DNA from: an uncultured Chloroflexia bacterium
Lineage (GTDB): Bacteria > Chloroflexota > Limnocylindria > QHBO01
Assembly (NCBI GenBank): GCA_963770875.1
Contig: CAVYRE010000005.1
Span: forward strand, 391,542 to 455,541
Reading direction: 5' to 3'
DNA length: 64,000 bases
This document shows positions 59,612 through 64,000 of the stretch, piece after piece. The notes under the pieces were generated by a model. The model was not told where the DNA came from, did not search any database, and saw only the letters and a program-made list of their open reading frames with translations. How positions within the stretch are numbered: position 1 is the first letter of the stretch; each line of letters begins with the position of its first letter. A program made the position numbers and the translations under genes.

Positions 59612-60552
59612 ATGAAGCGGATGCGGATCGGGCTGATCGGGTGGGGGACGGTTGGCGCTGCCCTCGGCAAGCTGGTCGCCGCGGGGCCGCTCCCGGTCGA
59701 GCTGGCGCGGCTCGCCGTCCGCGACGCGGCGCGCGAGCGAGCGAGCGCGCTTCCGCGCGGCGTCGCGGTCGGTCCCGCACAGGCAGTCGTTGGCGACGAT
59801 GAGCTGGACGCCGTGGTCGAGCTGGCCGGTGGGGTGGAAGGCCCGCTCGAGTGGGCGCGCGAGACGCTCGCCCGCGGCCGGCCCTACGTGACGGCGAACA
59901 AGGCGCTGCTCGCCACGCATGGCGCGGAGCTCGCGTCGGCCGCGGGCGCCCACCGCGGAGCCGCCCTCCTCGCCTCGGCCAGCGTCGGCGGTGGCACGCC
60001 CATGATCGAGACGGTCGAGCACCTGGCCGTGACCGGCGCGATCACCAGGCTGCGCGGCCTCCTCAACGCCACGACCACCTTCATCCTCTCGGACATGGCG
60101 CAGGGCAGCGGCTACCCCGAAGCGCTCGCCGCTGCGCAGCAGGCCGGCTACGCCGAGGCCGACCCCTCGTTCGACGTCGAGGGCCGTGACGCCGCCCAGA
60201 AGCTCGCCATCCTCGCCTCGGTGGCGTGGGGCAGGTGGCGGGCCGAGCGCGAGGTCGAGACGCGCGGTATCGTCGGGGTGAGCGTCGGCGTCGGGCGCAT
60301 CGTTCGGCTGGTGGCCGAGGCAGATGCCGAGCATCTCTCGGTGGCCCCGACCGAGCTGCGTCGCGGGGGCCCATTGGCATCGGCATCGGGGGTGCAGAGC
60401 GTGCTGGAGGTCGAGGTGCGAGGGTCGGGCACGTTCCGGGTCATCGGCCCGGGGGCGGGTGGCCGGGTGACGGCCGGGGCCGTCTACGCCGACCTGGCGC
60501 GGCTGGTCGCCGGCGAGCGCCCGATCCTCTTCGCTCCCCGTGAGGTCGCGCG

Positions 60553-60556
<4 letters not shown>
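59612..60556 (+). CDS. hom: Homoserine dehydrogenase (short form, no ACT domain)
   Basis: GWGTVG, VTANKA, SVGGGTP, GYAEADPSFDVEGRDAAQKL, GPGAG. Confidence 0.9.
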
Positions 60557-61582
<1,026 letters not shown>

Positions 61583-61605
61583 CTTCGATCCAACACGCCC
61601 TGGAG

Positions 61606-63246
61606 ATGCCCGTGTCCGCCTTCTCCGACCTCGCTGCCGAATTCCTGGCCGAATACCACGATGAGCACCCGGTGCAGGCCAGCGCCCTGGGCCTGGCCCG
61701 CTACGACGACCAGCTGGACGACCTCTCGGCGCAAGCCTTCGAGCGTCGCCGCGCCTCTGACGCGTCGTGGCTTGACCGCTTCCGCGCGGTGGACGCCGCG
61801 AGCCTCAGCTTCGACGACCTGATCGATCGCGACCTGCTGGTCGCGCGGCTCATCGAGCGCGCGATCTACGACGAGTGGGAGCTCTGGCGCCGCAGCCCGG
61901 ACGAGTACATGAACCCGGGCCTGGAGGGGGTCTTCACCCTCTTCCTCCATCGGCTGCGCCCGGAGGCCGATCTCGTTCGCAGCGCCATCCTCCGCCTGCG
62001 CGGAATCCCCGCCCAGCTCGAGTCGGGCAAGGCCAACCTGCGACCCGACCTCGTCCCGGCGCTCCTCCTCAAGCGAGCGGTCAACCAGGCCCGCGCCGGC
62101 GCGAACTACACCCGCGAGCTGCTCCCGGCGCAGGTGGAGCCGGCCAACCGAGCGGAGCTGGCCGAGGCAGGGGCCGCGGCCGCGGACGCGCTCGAGTCGT
62201 ACGCCGCCTTTCTCGAGTCGATGGAGCCCACCGCCAGCGGCGACTGGGCCTTTGGCGAGGCACGCTACAACGCCGTTCTCCAGGACGCCGAGCTGCTGGG
62301 GACCGATGCCAGGGCTCTCCGCGAGCGCGCCAGGGCGGAGATCGAGACCCTCACCGCCGACATGCGCGCCACCGCTCGACAGATCGCCGGCCACGACGAC
62401 TGGCACGCTCTCATCCTGGAGCTGAACCGCGACCGCCCGGCCAACCCCGAGGCGATGCGCATCGGCTACGAGGACTGGACGGCACGCGCGCGCGCCTTCC
62501 TCCACGAGCGCGGACTGGTCAGCTTCCCGGACGGCGAGGAGTGCTCGGTCGAGCCGTCCCCGCCGTTCCAGCGTCCGGTGCTGGCGGTCGCGTCGTACCA
62601 GGACCCGCCGCCCTTCTCGAGCTCGATGCGCGGCCACTTCTTCGTCCCCTTCCCGCCCGACGGGGCGAGCGAGGCGGAGATCGCCAAGCGACTCGAGTCG
62701 AACTCCTATCCGAGCATCCCCAGCACATCGGTCCACGAGGCCTATCCGGGGCACCACTGGCACCTGGTGATGGCGAAGCTCAACCCCTCGCCGGTGCGAC
62801 AGGTGTTCGGGACCAGCTACTTCGCGGAGGGCTGGGCCCTGTACGCCGAGCGGATGATGCGCGAGGCCGGCTTCTACGACGACCCGCGCCACGTCCTCTA
62901 CCAGTACGAGGCGACCCTCTTCCGGGCGGCGCGGATCGTGGTCGACACGAGCCTGCACCTGGGCGAGATGACGCACGAGGAGGCGGTCCGCTTCATGCTC
63001 GAGCATTCCTCGATGACGGAGCCCACGGCGATCGCGGAGGTGACCCGCTACTGCTCGTGGCCGACGCAGGCCAGCTCGTACCTGACCGGCTGCCTGGAGA
63101 TCCTGCGCATCCGGGACCGATTCCTCTCCGCACGCGGGGCGACCATCTCCGACGTCGGCGCCATGCGTGACTTCCACGACGGGCTCACCGGCTCCGGCAC
63201 ACTGCCGATCGCCCTGGCCGAGCGCGCGGTGATGGCCACCGCATGA
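61606..63246 (+). CDS. DUF885 family protein (putative metallopeptidase)
   Basis: VHEAYPGHH, FAEGWALYAE, RAARIVVDTSLH, EVTRY..WPTQA.SY. Confidence 0.9.
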   Translation: MPVSAFSDLAAEFLAEYHDEHPVQASALGLARYDDQLDDLSAQAFERRRASDASWLDRFRAVDAASLSFDDLIDRDLLVARLIERAIYDEWELWRRSPDEYMNPGLEGVFTLFLHRLRPEADLVRSAILRLRGIPAQLESGKANLRPDLVPALLLKRAVNQARAGANYTRELLPAQVEPANRAELAEAGAAAADALESYAAFLESMEPTASGDWAFGEARYNAVLQDAELLGTDARALRERARAEIETLTADMRATARQIAGHDDWHALILELNRDRPANPEAMRIGYEDWTARARAFLHERGLVSFPDGEECSVEPSPPFQRPVLAVASYQDPPPFSSSMRGHFFVPFPPDGASEAEIAKRLESNSYPSIPSTSVHEAYPGHHWHLVMAKLNPSPVRQVFGTSYFAEGWALYAERMMREAGFYDDPRHVLYQYEATLFRAARIVVDTSLHLGEMTHEEAVRFMLEHSSMTEPTAIAEVTRYCSWPTQASSYLTGCLEILRIRDRFLSARGATISDVGAMRDFHDGLTGSGTLPIALAERAVMATA

Positions 63247-64000
63247 CGATCGCCGCAATGACGGCGGAGCTCGACCGGCTCGCCGAGGAGTACTGGGACG
63301 CGAGCCTGGCGCTCGACCCGACCGAGGGGACGGTGCTCGGCGACCATCGCTACGGGGACCGGCTGGGCGACATCTCGGAGGCGGGACGCGCCGCCCACGC
63401 GGCGCGCTTCGAGGCGCTCCACGCTTCCGTCGCGGCGCTCCCGGTGGAGCGCGATGCGGAGGCGGCTCTGACCCGGGCGACGCTCGGGCGCGCGATCGAG
63501 GACCGGCTGACCCACCTCGCCGCCGATGCCCAGGCCTACACCGTCGACGCCATGAACGGCCCGCAGACGGGCTTCCTCGACATCGCGACGCTGCAGCCGC
63601 TGCGCGACGCGGCCGACGGCGAGGCGATGCTCGCGCGCTGGAGGGCGATGGGCCCCTGGGTCGACCAGAAGATCGAACAGCTGCGGCGCGGATTGGCCGA
63701 GGGGCGCGCACCGGTCGCCGGATCGGTGCAACGGGTGATCGCCCAGCTCGACGCGCTGGCCGCGCGCCCGCTCGAGGACTGGCCGCTCCTCGACCCGCTG
63801 AAGGCGGATCACGCGAGCTGGAGCGACTCCGCCTGGCGCGCCTTCGAGGTCGGGCTGGCCGGTGCGGTGCGCGACGGGCTGCGTCCCGCCTTCGCCCGCT
63901 ACCGCACCTTCCTCGCCGACGAGGCGCTGCCCCGCGCCCGCGACGAGGCGCACGTCGGGCTCGTCCACCTTCCCGGTGGCGGCGAGCTGTACGCGCGGCT
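63243..64000 (+). CDS. Second DUF885 family protein, N-terminal part (runs off window end)
   Basis: Hand translation from ATGA overlap: ...LDPTEGTVLGDHRYGDRLGDIS...RYRTFLADEALPRAR...GLVHLPGGGELY. Confidence 0.82.
   Translation, partial: MTIAAMTAELDRLAEEYWDASLALDPTEGTVLGDHRYGDRLGDISEAGRAAHAARFEALHASVAALPVERDAEAALTRATLGRAIEDRLTHLAADAQAYTVDAMNGPQTGFLDIATLQPLRDAADGEAMLARWRAMGPWVDQKIEQLRRGLAEGRAPVAGSVQRVIAQLDALAARPLEDWPLLDPLKADHASWSDSAWRAFEVGLAGAVRDGLRPAFARYRTFLADEALPRARDEAHVGLVHLPGGGELYAR

Overview
Very GC-rich (about 70% by eye), gene-dense bacterial chromosomal segment with about 60 coding regions. No rRNA, tRNA, CRISPR array, integrase or transposase was recognised. The gene repertoire (two adenylate/guanylate-cyclase-STAND-TPR proteins, F420 biosynthesis genes cofD-cofC-cofE plus several F420-type oxidoreductases, an FGLLP-motif membrane protein, DUF885 pair, ECF sigma with a lineage-type anti-sigma) suggests a soil or freshwater Chloroflexota or Actinomycetota organism; this is inference only. 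About 20 genes are broken by 1-2 nt frameshifts, most simply explained by long-read indel errors, so many CDS calls join several ORF-track fragments. Highlights: (1) a translationally coupled methyltransferase / flavin oxidoreductase / SRPBCC cyclase / FabF-type ketosynthase operon with no ACP, CLF or type III PKS; (2) a reductive pyrimidine catabolism gene set in which an F420-type LLM enzyme sits where the dihydropyrimidine dehydrogenase is expected; (3) three unannotated structured intergenic elements (35574-35756, 32845-32940, 59047-59232); (4) an orphan Flp pilin with a polybasic 18-bp tandem-repeat tail; (5) pervasive leaderless-type promoters.
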